The notes under the pieces: generated by a model
The model's database searches: none
The model's input: the letters and a program-made list of their open reading frames with translations, nothing else
What the model was told of the DNA's origin: nothing
Shown: positions 26,700 to 39,679 of the stretch, piece after piece
Numbering within the stretch: position 1 is the first letter of the stretch
Layout of the letters: each line of letters begins with the position of its first letter
Program-made: the position numbers and the translations under genes
Assembly (NCBI GenBank): GCA_951406725.2
Contig: OX597837.1
Location: 22,878,001-22,942,000, forward strand
From: Octopus vulgaris
Taxonomy: Eukaryota
Length of the DNA stretch: 64,000 bases
Direction: 5' to 3'

Positions 26700-27649
26700 A
26701 AGATAGTGAGAGAGAGAAGAGAAAATAGTTTCCTAGGATCCAACTGTTTACTTTATAGTTAAGTAGTTAAGAGATTGGATATTGACTATACAATATCAAC
26801 AATTCAAACACAGCCGCCACAGACGTCAGCACATTGCACTGCACCCTGCCAATGTGATACATATAACCTGATTCCACAGTATTGCAAGTTGAAACCCAAT
26901 CACAGACGCTGCACTGTGTCCTATCAACAAGATACATTTTACTGATCTGAGCGAGAGGTTCAAATACACAACCACATCATTCAAACATGAAAAGAAAGAA
27001 AAAAATATGGTTCAAAATAATTCATCCGTGAAGCATTTACAGGAACATACATTTAATTTTTCTTCTTTCTATTTTTAGTTCTTCTTTCTAGTTTTCATGT
27101 TTATATTTTTAGTTTATTCTTTCATGTTTAGGTTGTTGTTGTTGTTGTTATATGCCTTCTCCACTCTGTCATGGTTTACTAGCTTTATACACAAATGTTT
27201 AAACTAATCCGATAAATAAAATACAAGTCAGTAGAACAAGGAAAGAAAACAAAGTTGAAATTTAAGGAAACTGGAGACGGCTTTGTGTTAGAATAAAATA
27301 AAATAAAATAGAAAAAAATCCTAGAATTTTATCAAGAATTTATCTCTTCTTATGGCATATGAACAAATTTTATGAACACAGAAAGGTAGCTGAGAAAAGA
27401 AAGTCAAAACCTAAAGAAACAACAGTTTAAATTGACTAGAAGAGAAAAGTTTAGCTGAAGCATGAGTAACGGTAACAACAGTATCAGAAGCTCTGAGAGG
27501 ACTTACTGGTTGGTGAAGTGGGGAAGTGGTTTTTTATACAAATGGTTACTGAAGTACTGTAGATAGAACTAACGATAATATGACGAGAGCCAAAGAATGA
27601 AAGGAAAACATTTAGAAAGATATATTGATAATAACAGACTTTTTGGTAT

Positions 27650-27672
27650 GTAATATATATATATATACATAC

Positions 27673-27721
<49 letters not shown>

Positions 27722-27952
27722 TCTACATATATACATACATATATACATATATCTACATATATATACATATACATACATATACATATACATATATATACAT
27801 ATACATATATATACATATACATATATATACATATACATATATATACATATACATATATATACATATACATATACATATATATACATATATATACATATAT
27901 ATACATATACATATATATACATATACATATATATACATATATATACATATAC

Positions 27953-28012
<60 letters not shown>
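27650..28012. repeat. Long compound (TA)n/(TACA)n microsatellite
   Basis: About 360 bp of tatacata/tata units; source of the spurious YI-rich ORFs. Confidence 0.95.
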
Positions 28013-28016
<4 letters not shown>

Positions 28017-28323
28017 AAGACACTACAAACAGAATGTTAAAGTTTATTGTGGTATAATATATAAAGTGAACCCAAAGGATGTTTATAGAAATGTATAATC
28101 TGTTGAATGTAGAACAAAAAGGCTGGGTGTTAAAGATAGCCAACAAATAGACGAAGGAGAAACAAGAGTATTGATTAAATGCAGACAGCAAAAAGAAGAT
28201 GCAATGATGCATGATGGGACAAAGAGAACGGTGAGCTAGTGTTGTCAGGAACTCATGATGGCAAGTATTTTCAGAGACTGAACTTGTTATCTTTAGGCTT
28301 TCTTTGGTAATTGTTTTTATTCT

Positions 28324-28620
28324 ATTGTTATATTTTGGGATGGTCATTTTTTTTTTCCCAAATAAACACACACACTGTATATTCATTTTTCACTCGTTCA
28401 TTATTGTTATATGATGTTAGAAGAACAGAATGGACTTGGTAGAGCAGGAGGATACACATGGATGGAAAGGATCACTGAAGAGGTCACATATGTATGACAA
28501 AAGATTTCCAGACAATGGACATAAGAATATTAATAAACAAATGAAAAATAAATATATAGTGCATGTGTTTATTTGGCAGGAAAGGGGAAAAAATGACCAT
28601 CCCGAAATATAACAATATCT
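28324..28620. repeat. Inverted-repeat element related to 35693-35862
   Basis: Arms attgttatattttgggatggtcat...aaataaacacacacactgtatatt and aatatatagtgcatgtgtttattt...atgaccatcccgaaatataacaat flank a spacer. Confidence 0.75.
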
Positions 28621-28998
28621 ATTTCAACACATGGTTTCACGTCAGGAAACTTGCAAAATAAATTCACGTTTTTATTCTATTTTCTTACTTTTATTCCCCA
28701 TGAAAAAAAAAAGAAAAGAAAAAGACATTTCTTTTAATCTCATCACTGTGTGGTAAGAAGCCTACATCCTAACCACAATGGTTCTGTGCTCAGTATCACT
28801 CGGGCAAGTATCTTTTGAGCTGACCAAAGTCTTATGAGAGGATTTGGTAGACAGAAACTAAAAGAAGTCAATCGTACATGTACGTATGTACCTACCTACC
28901 TTCTCTGTCTACACATCTGTCTATCTATCTCTTCTATGTCTACATATCTGTCTGTCTATCTATCTATATATCTATATATATATATATATATATGTATA

Positions 28999-29252
28999 TA
29001 GGTGGGTGCAAAAGTAGGTATACAGTAAGTATAACAGCAATGTTATAATACTTAATTCATTAAAATGATTAGCACATTAAATTAATTAGCCTCATTTTTT
29101 ATATTTTCAGTGTCACTAACCATAACAATACATTTATTATAACTATAATAATATTTACATTCTAAGTTTTAATTCTTTTGATAAATATAAACGAGAATTG
29201 TACGTTTTCTTTTTTTTTTTCATAACTGTATACCTACTTTTGCACCACCCTG
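28999..29252. mobile_element. Tc1/mariner-type MITE inserted in the microsatellite of an old SINE A
   Basis: TIRs taggtgggtgcaaaagtaggtatacagt / actgtatacctacttttgcaccaccctg with TA flanks. SINE A halves lie at ~28745-28875 and ~29270-29468. Confidence 0.8.
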
Positions 29253-29694
29253 TATATATCTATATGCATATGTCTTTGTGTCTGTGCTTGTCAGCTGGTG
29301 TTAGTTTGTTTATGTCCCCATAACTTAGCTGTTCAGCAAAAGGGAACGATAGAATAATTAGCAAATGTAAAAAAGAAAAAAAAAGAAGTACTGAGGTTAA
29401 TTCCTTCTTCAAGGCATTGCCCCAGCATGGCTGTCATCTTAATGACTGAAGTTAGTAAAAAATAAAAAGGATCTGTATTATTTCTGGCACAAATGTTTGA
29501 TAGTCTGGTGCCTTTTCTGCTGTTAACCACTCAAATTATAAAGAAGGAACCTGGTATCAATGATGTAGGCTGCAGCAAGAAGAGTTCTATAGGTTACATT
29601 GTGGTGGGACACAATGACTGTGAGAAGATTTGATCTTAGCATAAAGGCTGTAGTAAGATTTGAAGTGAACTAATCAAAGAAAGTTTATTTATTA

Positions 29695-30091
29695 CTAGCA
29701 GTATCGCCCGGCGTTGCTCGGGTTTGTAAGGGAAATAACTATATAAGCATTTTTAGAGATGTAACGTATAATAGCCATCTCAATATGGCTAACCACAAAG
29801 GGGGAGTGTAACTGTAGCTTTTTACGTTCTGAGATTTAATAATACATTTTTAGAGAGTTACTTCCCTTATATAATAGCAAAAAAATGCATTAAAAATGGG
29901 AAAAAATGATGGTAATTTTTTTTTTTAAATCGTAGACTCATCGTAGACACGCGCTAATACCCAGAAGGGCTTGATATGAATCATGACTATAAGATACCCG
30001 CTTTTGGTTACACTGCACCGCAAAATGTGGGAGTAGTTAGGAATCTAAATCGTAGGAGACAGACACACAACTTCACTTTTATATATAAAGA
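29695..30091 (-). mobile_element. Non-autonomous Helitron
   Basis: Minus strand: A|TCTTTATATATAAAAG...CCCGAGCAACGCCGGG (subterminal hairpin)...CTGCTAG|T. Shows 5'-TC, 3'-CTAG, an A/T insertion site and no TSD. Confidence 0.88.
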
Positions 30092-31132
30092 TTTAAAAAA
30101 ACAAATAATGATAATGTACATAAATAAGTAGTCAGGTGTTTTTGAAAACAGCAGGAAAAGAAAAATGCAGTTCTGTCATGAATGGTCAATATGTCTGTGG
30201 AAGTAGGACTGAGAGACAATGTAGAAAAGCTGCAACTATTTTCTAAGGGAATGGTGGAATCAGCAATGGAAACTAAATCTCAATAAGATGCTGCCAAGAA
30301 TTCCTCATAAAGCAGGCATCAGACACAAAATATTTGAATTATATTCACGGGGAGATTTCAAAAGATTTGCTGAGAAGAATACACTGTGCAATGTTGAACG
30401 GATATTAAATCAACATTTAGAATGCCACATAAATTGCTTTCTTTTCACGAATAATTGACAGAACTGAAGATAACTATATAAACATCAACAGAGGAAAGGC
30501 TAGACTGTTTTGCAGTGAACAGAATAAATAAATATTGAAACAGACAATAACCATAAAGTGATTCATATTCTTAATTTTGTTTTAAAAGACACAAAGGTCA
30601 AAATCTTGAAAATTTGATGGATTATCGAAGTATTTTCTCCTATTTGTTGTTTTTTACTTCTAAGTATTTTAAAATTTATTTGTTTGATATATGAGAGTCT
30701 ATCAATTCACCAGAATAACAAAATGCAATGAAAACAAGGACTTTGATAACACGTTATTCACATGGTTTTAAACTGAGTGTAAGAATTTATTTCAAAGTTC
30801 ATTTTTGCTTTTTCTTTGTATTGTTTTGACAACATAACTGCCCACCTCTCCCTTGTCTAGAAAATTTCCAGACTATTTATTAGGAGAACAGCTATTTTCT
30901 TGTACTGAATCATTATTTTCTTGTTAGTAATTGATTTACCATCTTCATATGAACATAACTACAAAAAAGAAAAAAAAAGAAACTTTACTTATCTCAGACT
31001 GTTATATTCTATTTTTATATTTAATCGCTTGCTGAAGGTGGTGGATGGACAAAATCACTACAGTATTGGAAAATGCCCTGTAATAACTGTTCAGGTTCTT
31101 TACATTCTGAGTTCAAATCACACTAATAATAT

Positions 31133-31503
31133 CTTACTAACAACAGCTCTGAGCACCTTTTCAAACTCCACCTGTGGACATGTTTACCAAGTCAGAAAAC
31201 AGCACAGCTCCCATGACTTTCGGAAACATTTTTTTCACGCTAAGAGTTGCTGAAGCATGGAACAAACTGCCGGCATCAGTTGTTAGTTGTCGGAGCACTG
31301 CATCCTTCAAAACTTCCATGCTTCCTGAGATTCGCCAACACTACACCTGATTTTCTCCCCTCCATACACACACACAAGCATGTATCTGACTCATACACTG
31401 TTCGCTTTCCAGACATTTGTACATTACTGCATATGCTTTATACATATTTTTGACAAGTTGTGGAGCACCTGAGCACTGTATACAATAATTACATTATTAT
31501 TAT
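31133..31503 (+). mobile_element. 3' end of a CR1-group LINE
   Basis: STCGHVYQVRKQHSSHDFRKHFF(fs)RVAEAWNKLPASVVSCRSTASFK...* matches the CR1 C-terminal pattern RGH..KL......D.RK.FFS.RVV..WN.LP..VV....SFK; it ends in an (ATT)n tail. Confidence 0.8.
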
Positions 31504-31756
31504 TTATATTGAAGTTAACTGTTTTCAAGGATTTGTTTTTATTCCACTAAACTAGTTTAATAATAGAATGACCAGTTGTAATGTCAACAAGAAATTTAAA
31601 CATCACGTTGGGTGAATAGTTTTTAAGGTGGTGCTCCAGCATGGCTGCAGTCAAACAACCGGAACGTATAAATGAATAAATCATATTGTTTTATTCAGAT
31701 AGTGATAAGTTAAACCATGGGATGTCAACATTCATACACATACATAGGCACAAACA

Positions 31757-32718
31757 AAGCTGTGTGGTAAGAGACTTACTTCCCAACTGCATGGTTCTGG
31801 GTTCAGTCCCACTGCATAGCAGCACCTTAGGCAAGTGCCTTCTACTATAGCCTTGGGCCAACCAAAGCCTTGTGAGTGGATTTGGTAGACGGAAACTGAA
31901 AGAAGCTGGTTGTATATATTTATGTGTGTGTCTTTGTTTGTCCCTCTACCATCATTTGACAACTGATGTTGGGGTGTTTACGTCCCTGTAACTTAGTGGT
32001 TCGACAAAAGAGGTCAATAGAATAAGTACCAGGCTTACAAAGAATAAGTCCTGGTGTTGATTTTTTTCAACTAAAGGCAGTGCTCCAGCATGGCTGCAGT
32101 CAAATGACTGAAACAAGAAAAAGAATAAAAGAATATGCATGCTGGCATAAGTGTATGAGACACATCTATCTAACTGTCTATGTATTCAATGGGCTTTCAT
32201 ACAATTTCTGTCTATCAATTCTGTTCACAAGCCATTGGTCAGCCCAGGGTTATAATATAAAAACACTTGCCCAAGGTGCTGTGGAATGAGATTACAACCA
32301 CAACCATAAAGGCGCAGGAGTGGCTGTGTGGTAAGTAGCTTGCTAACCAACCACATGGTTCCAGGTTCAGTCCCACTGCGTGGCATCTTGGGCAAGTTTC
32401 TTCTGCTATAGCCCCAGGCCGACCAATGCCTTGTGAGTGGATTTGGTAGATGGAAACTGAAAGAAGCCCGTCGTATATATGTATATATATATGTGTGTGT
32501 GTGTATGTGTTTGTGTGTCTGTGTTTGTCCCCCTAGCATTGCTTGACAACCGATGCTGGTGTGTTTACGTCCCCGTCACTTAGCGGTTCGGCAAAGAGAC
32601 CGATAGAATAAGTACTGGGCTTACAAAGAATAAGTCCCGGGGTCGAGTTGCTTGACTAAAGGCGGTGCTCCAGCTTGGCTGCAGTCATATGACTGAAACA
32701 AGTAAAAGAGTAAAGAGT
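31757..32718 (+). mobile_element. Cluster of SINE family A copies (31757-32132 +, 32170-32310 - fragment, 32311-32718 +)
   Basis: Consensus matches; the 32311-32718 copy is near consensus. Other plus-strand copies at 44908-45315, 55812-56204, 56283-56675, 57938-58306. Confidence 0.9.
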
Positions 32719-32769
32719 ATATGGTTATGAAGCAAACTTGTTAACTACATACCCATGCTACACCTTATG

Positions 32770-34330
32770 TATGAGGGTTGTATAAAAAATAATGCAAAAG
32801 TAGGAATAACATATGTTTTAAGCAAGACAAGTCATTCAAACTGCACATGTTGGTAGAGTAATTCTTCCTCTACAATATCTGTTCTTCCTCATAGCAGGCA
32901 AGTAATGGGTTGTAAGCAGAAGCAATGTGTAGTCACCAAGTTCTTGATGAAGAAGTATGAAGGCTGTACAACACCTACAGGAGGCTTCATGTTGTTTAAC
33001 CCTTTCGTTACTATATTTCTGACCAAAATACACCCCTTATGTGTTTCAATTAATTTCTTACATAATCATAAATTTAGTCTGGTTTCATTAAACAACTATA
33101 ACTTTTTTATTTATCAATATATTAACGTGAATTTTGGAAGATAATTTAATGAAATGTTCTCAACCAATTCTATACTATAATTTTTGTCCCAGAGTGACTC
33201 TAATTGCAGGTAGATACAGGTAAATTCAAGAAAATATAAAATTATTAAAATTTTGTTCAAACATCGCTATAGAAAATGGGTTATTAGCTAATATTCAATT
33301 GGGTATACAACAAAATTTTATGATAGAATTTGTTATTCTGGGTAACTTTCTGATACCCATAATAATATTTATGGCAAAATAGTCTTAATTTCATTTAAGG
33401 TTATGGGAAACTACTAACTATCCTTTCTTTCGTTTTGTTTACATTTAGCGTAACGGTTCGTTTCCGCCGTAATGATTTCAAATAGACTCATCGGAAAAAG
33501 TAAAAAGAAATAGTCTAAGGCTTTACTCTCCTGGGAAAGTCTGTGGCTTGGTCCAGTTTCTTCAGAAAAATCACCGAAAGAAACAGTTTTTAAATTTTCA
33601 CTCCATTCAGGTGCCAATTCATTTTCTTTATCGCTGTCGGAGCTCTCGAATTCACTGTTTTCACTTTCGGAAAATGAAACATCAGATTCATTATCAAATA
33701 CCACGTGCTTTTTTTTTTCAGTCATAGAGTTAGATTTATGAAGGTCTTCAGTAGAAAATCCTTCGAATTCTGACTCGTTGCTTGATATAATGAAATTCGT
33801 ATCCATTTTTTTGTCAGAATTACAAATTTTGAAAACACAATAGGAACAAATTTCGGAAAAAAATCTCCCAAAATTCACGGAATTAAAATTACACTTCGAT
33901 TTTTGTACAAAACTGTAGTTGAACTCTATACGTAGTATAATACGTGTTTTCATGACTGTACTAAAGAGATTTGCTCTGATATTCTCATTTAAATATGAAT
34001 AGGTAAATTCGGGCGGCTTTGGGCGGTTTGGTCACATTAACCAAAATTTTTTTCGGGCGGTTTGGTAACGAAAGGGTTAAGGAGATGGCACCACTGGCAA
34101 GAACAATGTGCACAGATGGATGAAGTTCAAGGAAGGAGGAACCAGAATGGAAGATGAGAAATGAAGTGGGAGTTCATCAACTGTGATCACAGATGGGAAT
34201 CACCAGCAAACGGACAAATGAGATTCGGTAAGGTTGCTGCACAGCTGGACTGTAATAACAATGCCTTACAAAAGGTAGTGGAAATAAGTCTGCTCTGATC
34301 TGCTGGAAGCATTTGAAGTCAATGAGGACG
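32770..34330 (+). pseudogene. Degraded mariner transposase N-terminus, interrupted by a piggyBac element
   Basis: MGCKQKQCVVTKFLMKK... precedes the TTAA at 32996 and GDGTTGKNNVHRWMKFKEGGTRMEDEK*SGSS follows 34080. This matches the mariner pattern QR.VIKFL..EG...YGD.......V.RW..FK.G...LEDE.RSGRP. Confidence 0.65.
33000..34076 (-). mobile_element. Internally deleted, non-autonomous piggyBac element
   Basis: TTAA|CCCTTTCGTTAC...GTAACGAAAGGG|TTAA (perfect 12-bp TIR) with subterminal gggcggtttggt repeats. ORF 33414-33953(-) contains SEFEGFS, an acidic tract and FSEETGP...ALDYFFLLFPMSLFEIITAETNRYA (PGBD-like N-terminus); no DDD catalytic domain is present. Confidence 0.92.
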
Positions 34331-34394
34331 TTATTTTTCCCTGGCCATGTCCCCCACTCTCTCAGCTGAGAGGTCTTTGTTTTGCAGGCTCACA

Positions 34395-35305
34395 GGTACT
34401 GGTGCCACATAAAAAGGACCTGTTGTGGTGTCATGTAAAAAGCACCCATACTGGTGTCATATAGAAAAGTATCTGTCTGTAGCAGGTAAAAAGCACATGA
34501 GCTGGTGCTACATAGAAAAGCACCTGTGCTGGTGCCATGTAGAATAAGCACCTGTGATGGTGTCACATAGAAAAGCACCTGTGCTGGTGCCATGTAGAAT
34601 AAGCACCTGCGCTGGTGCTACATAGAAAAGCACTTGTGCTGGTGCCATGTAGAATAAGCACCTGTGCTGGTGCCATGTAGAATAAGCACCTGCGCTGGTG
34701 CTACATAGAAAAGCACCTGTGATGGTGCCATGTAGAAAAAGCACCTGCGCTGGTGCTACATAGAAAAGCACCTGTGCTGGTGCCATGTAGAATAAGCACC
34801 TGCGCTGGTGCTACATAGAAAAGCACCTGTGATGGTGCCATGTAGAAAAAGCACCTGTGCTGGTGTCACATAGAAAAGTACCTGTGCTGGTGTCACATAG
34901 AAAAGCACCTGTGCTGGTATCACAGAGAAAAGCACCTGTGCTGGTGTCAGAGAAAAGCACTTGTGCTGGTGCCATATAGAAAAGCACTTGTGCTGGTGCC
35001 ATATAGAAGAGCACTTGTGCTGGTGCCATATAGAATGCTCTCATGCTGATGTCACAATAAGAACACACATGCCAATGCTATATAAAAAGCACTCGTGCTG
35101 GTGCCACATGGCAGCACACATGTTGGTAGCATGTAAAAAGCATCCAGTACACTCTGTAAAGTGGCTGGTGTTAGGAAGGGCAACCAGCTATAGAATCAAT
35201 GCCAAAATAGACAGTTGGAACCTGGACAGCTCTCTGGCTGACTAACTCTTGTCAAACCATCCAACCTATGACAACATGAAAAATGGAGGTTAAATGAGGA
35301 TTATG
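34395..35305 (+). repeat. 27-bp minisatellite expansion inside a family-D RTE 3' UTR
   Basis: About 25 units of aaaagcacctgtgctggtgccatgtag (34395-35140), continuing into gtggctggtgttaggaagggc...ggaggttaaatgagga. Confidence 0.88.
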
Positions 35306-35583
35306 AACCAAAACATTAAGGCTCAGTCTAAGGAATGGTGACACACCACTTCTTGAAATATATCGAGCTGGCAGAAATGTTTGCAAGCCGGACGAAATGC
35401 GTAGCCGTATTTCATCTGCCATTATGTTCTGAGTTCAAATTCCGCCGAGGTCGACTTTGCCTTTCATCCTCTCGGGGTCGATAAAAAAAGTACCAGTTTC
35501 GCACTGGGTCGATGTAATCAACTTAATCCCTTTGTCTGTCCTTGTTTGTCCCCTCTATGTTTAGCCCCTTGTGAGTAGTAAAG

Positions 35584-35639
<56 letters not shown>

Positions 35640-35692
35640 GTTTAAATATTTGTTGTGCAAGATTTTTTATGTGAAGTCGTGTGTTGAAACAG

Positions 35693-35862
35693 ATATTGTT
35701 ATATTTCGGAATGGTCATATTGCCAGTTTAGCCAATAAAAAACACACGCACTACATATTTGGTGTTATTTTGCTTCACTGAAGCAAAATAACACCAAATA
35801 TATAGTGCGTGTGTTTTTATTGGCTAAACTGGCAATATGACCATTCCGAAATATAACAATAT
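35693..35862. repeat. Near-perfect palindrome (~85-bp arms, 1-nt centre)
   Basis: atattgttatatttcggaatggtcatattgccagtttagccaataaaaa..cacacgcacta.atatttggtgttattttgcttca-c-tgaagcaaaataacaccaaatat.tagtgcgtgtg..tttttattggctaaactggcaatatgaccattccgaaatataacaatat. Confidence 0.95.
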
Positions 35863-37369
35863 ATATATATATATACATATATACACACACACATGCAAAT
35901 CCACATACAAGTATATATTCTATTGGTATATAAATACTGAGTTTTCTGATGAACTAAATACTTATTCATTAACAAGTGAATTTAATCACTATTTTTGTTT
36001 CCAAATTAACTTATACTACACTTGAGTTCTGTTAATTTCACAAGAGAATGAGGAATATTCTTTGAATATATGTAAATAACAGATACATCTAATTATTTTT
36101 AATGAAGCAATGGTTTTTAAATACTTTTTCTAATAATTACAAAATTTTTCTGCAGGAGAAGGGGAAGAAAAAACAGAAGACAAATTGTTTATCATTTTTG
36201 AAGATAACTTTTTATTCCTGTGCCAAAAATTCATCAAAATAGACAAAATTATTTTCATTTGTAGTAATTGCATTATTCAAATCTTCCAAAAGTAATCAAA
36301 AATATTTAGCTATCTTTATAACATCTATGTACAGAAACTCAAACTGAATATATTACCATGTGTCTTTAAATGTATGCACACTTACATATATGCATGTATG
36401 TGTGTGTGTTTGTGTGTGTGTGTATGTGTCTATATGACACCAGCATGGGTGCTTTTTACATGACACCACAACGGGTGCTTTTTATGTAGCACCATTTATG
36501 CTGGTATGGGTTAGACAGTTTGACTGGAGCTGATAAACTGGAGAGCTGCACCAAGTTCCAATTGCCTGTTTTGGCATGGGTTTTATAGCTGGATGCCCCT
36601 CCTAATGCCAACCACTGCAAGAGTGTAATGAGTGCCTTTTACATGCCACCAACATGGGTACCATTTACATGAAACTGGCAACAGTAGCCTCTTTCAAACC
36701 AAACTAATATACGATATTAGAAACTTTAGAAGGCCTAAAAAGAAGTTTGTATTTTCTGATAAGACCAACAACCTGTATGAAGTTGCTAGTGATATATATA
36801 ATTTTAAATTAATAATAGAAGGGTAAAATTTATTAATTAATCAGTTAATTTACAATTTTACCAAGTAGATCAATACATTAAAATAACCTTTATAGGTAAA
36901 ATTATCCACATAATTATAATTAGGGTTCAGCTAACTGCTTCACCACATACCGAAATTAGAAAAAGGAGTTAAAAATTCTTTTCCTGCTACTATAAGAATC
37001 TCCATGATGGTAAACATACTTTTTTATGAAGGCAAAGAGAAAAATTTCGGTATGTGGAGAACTTGGGACAAACTACTGAAGCCTGATCTCAAAACTTTGA
37101 GCCTCATGAAGGAAATGGCAGAGGACTGAGATATGTGGTGCATTGCTGTACTCAAGAAGACCTGCCCACCACAACAGAATTGAGTTTCTAAAACCAATGT
37201 GCTATGTAAAAGGTATTGGTGTGGGTGCTGGTACCACATAAAAAGCACCCAGTTCACTCTCTGAAGAGGTTGGGATTAGAAACCAAGCCAAAACAGGCTT
37301 TGGAGCTACCAGTTCTTGTCAAGTCTTCCAACCAGTGTCAGCATGGAAAATGGACATTAAATGATGATG

Positions 37370-37426
<57 letters not shown>

Positions 37427-37679
37427 GTGTGTGTGTGTGTGTAGACAAGAAATTACAATAAATATAAGTTACATCATGTTTGTAAATACACATCACCGTT
37501 GTGGTTGTTTAGAAAACTGCATTGAATGTCCCAAGTGAAATTGGTTGTTTAACCAGGGGAATATTTTATTGCATTATGTTACAGAGAACCACAATGGTGA
37601 AACGTGTGTAGGAACAAATGATATAAACTTGTGTTTACAGAAATTTCTCCTATGTTTGTTTTGTATATCATAACTAGTA

Positions 37680-37901
37680 ATAATCCTTTCTGCTGTAGGC
37701 ACAAGGCCTGAAATTTTGGTGTGGGGTGGATAGTCAGGTACATCAACCCCCAGTGCTCAACTGGTACTTATTTTATCGACCCTGAAAGGATGAAAGGGAA
37801 AAGTGACCTTGGCAGAGTTTGAACTCAGAACATAAAGATATATGAAATGCCACTAAGCATTTTGCCTGGTGTGCTAATAATTCTGCTAGCTCGCCACTCT
37901 A

Positions 37902-37940
<39 letters not shown>

Positions 37941-38383
37941 CCTTTCTATTATATGCACATTTTGGGTGGAGAGGGGCCTAGTCAATTATAACAACCCCAG
38001 TGCATAACTGGTACTTATTTCATCAACCATGATAGGATGAAAGGTAAAGTTGACCTCAGCAGAGTTTGAACGCAGAAAATAAAAAGATGGACAAAAATGC
38101 TACTAAGCATATCACCTGACACAATAACAATTCTGCTAGCTAGCCACCTTAATAATGACGGTAATAATAACCTTTTCTACTAAAGGCACAAGGCCTAAAA
38201 TTTGGGAAAAGGGGACTAGTTGAATACATTGACTCCAGTATTTCACTAGTACTTAATTTATTGACTCTGAAAGGATGAAAGGCAAAGTCAGCCTTGGCGG
38301 AATTTGAACTCAGAATGTAGTGACAAGCGAAATACTTCTAAGCATTTTGTCCAGTGCACTAATGATTCTGCCAGCTTGCTGCT

Positions 38384-38430
<47 letters not shown>
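37680..38430 (-). mobile_element. Three head-to-tail SINE family B copies separated by (TAA)n
   Basis: Copies at ~37680-37900, 37938-38150 and 38168-38385. Confidence 0.85.
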
Positions 38431-39179
38431 CATCATCATCGTTTAACGAATGCTTTCCATGCTAGTATGGGTTGGACGATTTGACTGAGGACTGGCGGAC
38501 CAGATGGCTGCACCAGACTCCAATCTGATCTGACAGAGTTTCTGCAGCTTGATGCCCTTCCTAATGCCAACCACTCCAAGAGTGTAGTGGGTGCTTTTAC
38601 GTGCCACCAGCATGAGGGCCAGTCAGGCGGTACTGGCAACGGCCACGCTCAAATGGTGTTTTTACGTGCCACCCGCACAGGAGCCAGTCCAGTGGCACTG
38701 ACAACGACATCGCTCAAATGTTTTTCACGTGCCACCGGCACAAGTGCCAGTAAGGCGACGCTGGTAACGATAACAATAATAATAATCATAAGCAAAGTAG
38801 AAACCTAAGCACTATACTAGAAGCTGGCTGGCTGATGTTAATCTATGAGGAGCTCTAAAACTCAGCAGCAGAAGCCATGTACTTCTTTTTCATATTTTTG
38901 TGTGAGTGATTACATTCTAATCAACCAATTCATGTGTAAGAAAGAATTAAAAAATGGTAGACATTGCTTATAATTAAAATTTCATGGTCTCCTGAGATTG
39001 CCTTATTTCAATATATGAGTGTGCATGGGTGTGTGTGTGTAGGTGTGTGTATATGAGTATGTGTGCATGTAAATGCATGTGGGCATGTGAGTGTCTATGT
39101 GTGAGCATGTTGGTAAGAGTATGTGTGTGTAAGAGTATGTGCGTGTATGTGTGTGTGTTTGTACACATATATAGTTAAT

Positions 39180-39241
<62 letters not shown>

Positions 39242-39679
39242 GTGTATATGTACCTGTATATTTGTTCATGCACATGTGTGTACAAGTGAGTTGAGTCAAG
39301 AGTCATAGGAAGAGTCTCAGAAAGGAATCAATCCCTTCCAATTTGTAATGATAAAAGAGCAGAGGTTAGTTTACTGGACAATCTGAATACAAACAATTTA
39401 GGGAAGTGTGACATTGTCCTCTATATAACCAAGATACCTCTTCACCAGGTACAAGCTTAATGCAATGCTTGCAAATGACACTGGTGCCAAGATGTGTCAG
39501 CTAGCCTAACTTAGTGGCTTTTCTCTTAGATAAATATTAATGACACAGAGAAGAGAGAGTCTTATATGAATGGATAACTTCCACTCTTCCTCAAAAGATC
39601 TGGTACAGACCTGTGCATACAAGTGCAGAGATGTAGTAAACCTAGACTGGAGCCCTACATCCATACACACAGACATATA

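Noticed and set aside
27484-28386. 300-aa ORF and other YI/CV/HT-rich ORFs
   Set aside because: These are translations of (TA)n/(CA)n microsatellites with no domain signal or splice context.
34390-35068. MAPAQVLFY-repeat ORFs, or a CRISPR-like array
   Set aside because: This is a 27-bp head-to-tail minisatellite within a LINE 3' UTR, with no spacers.
37465-37632. Degenerate inverted repeat
   Set aside because: The arms are too diverged to define reliably; probably an old fold-back repeat fragment.
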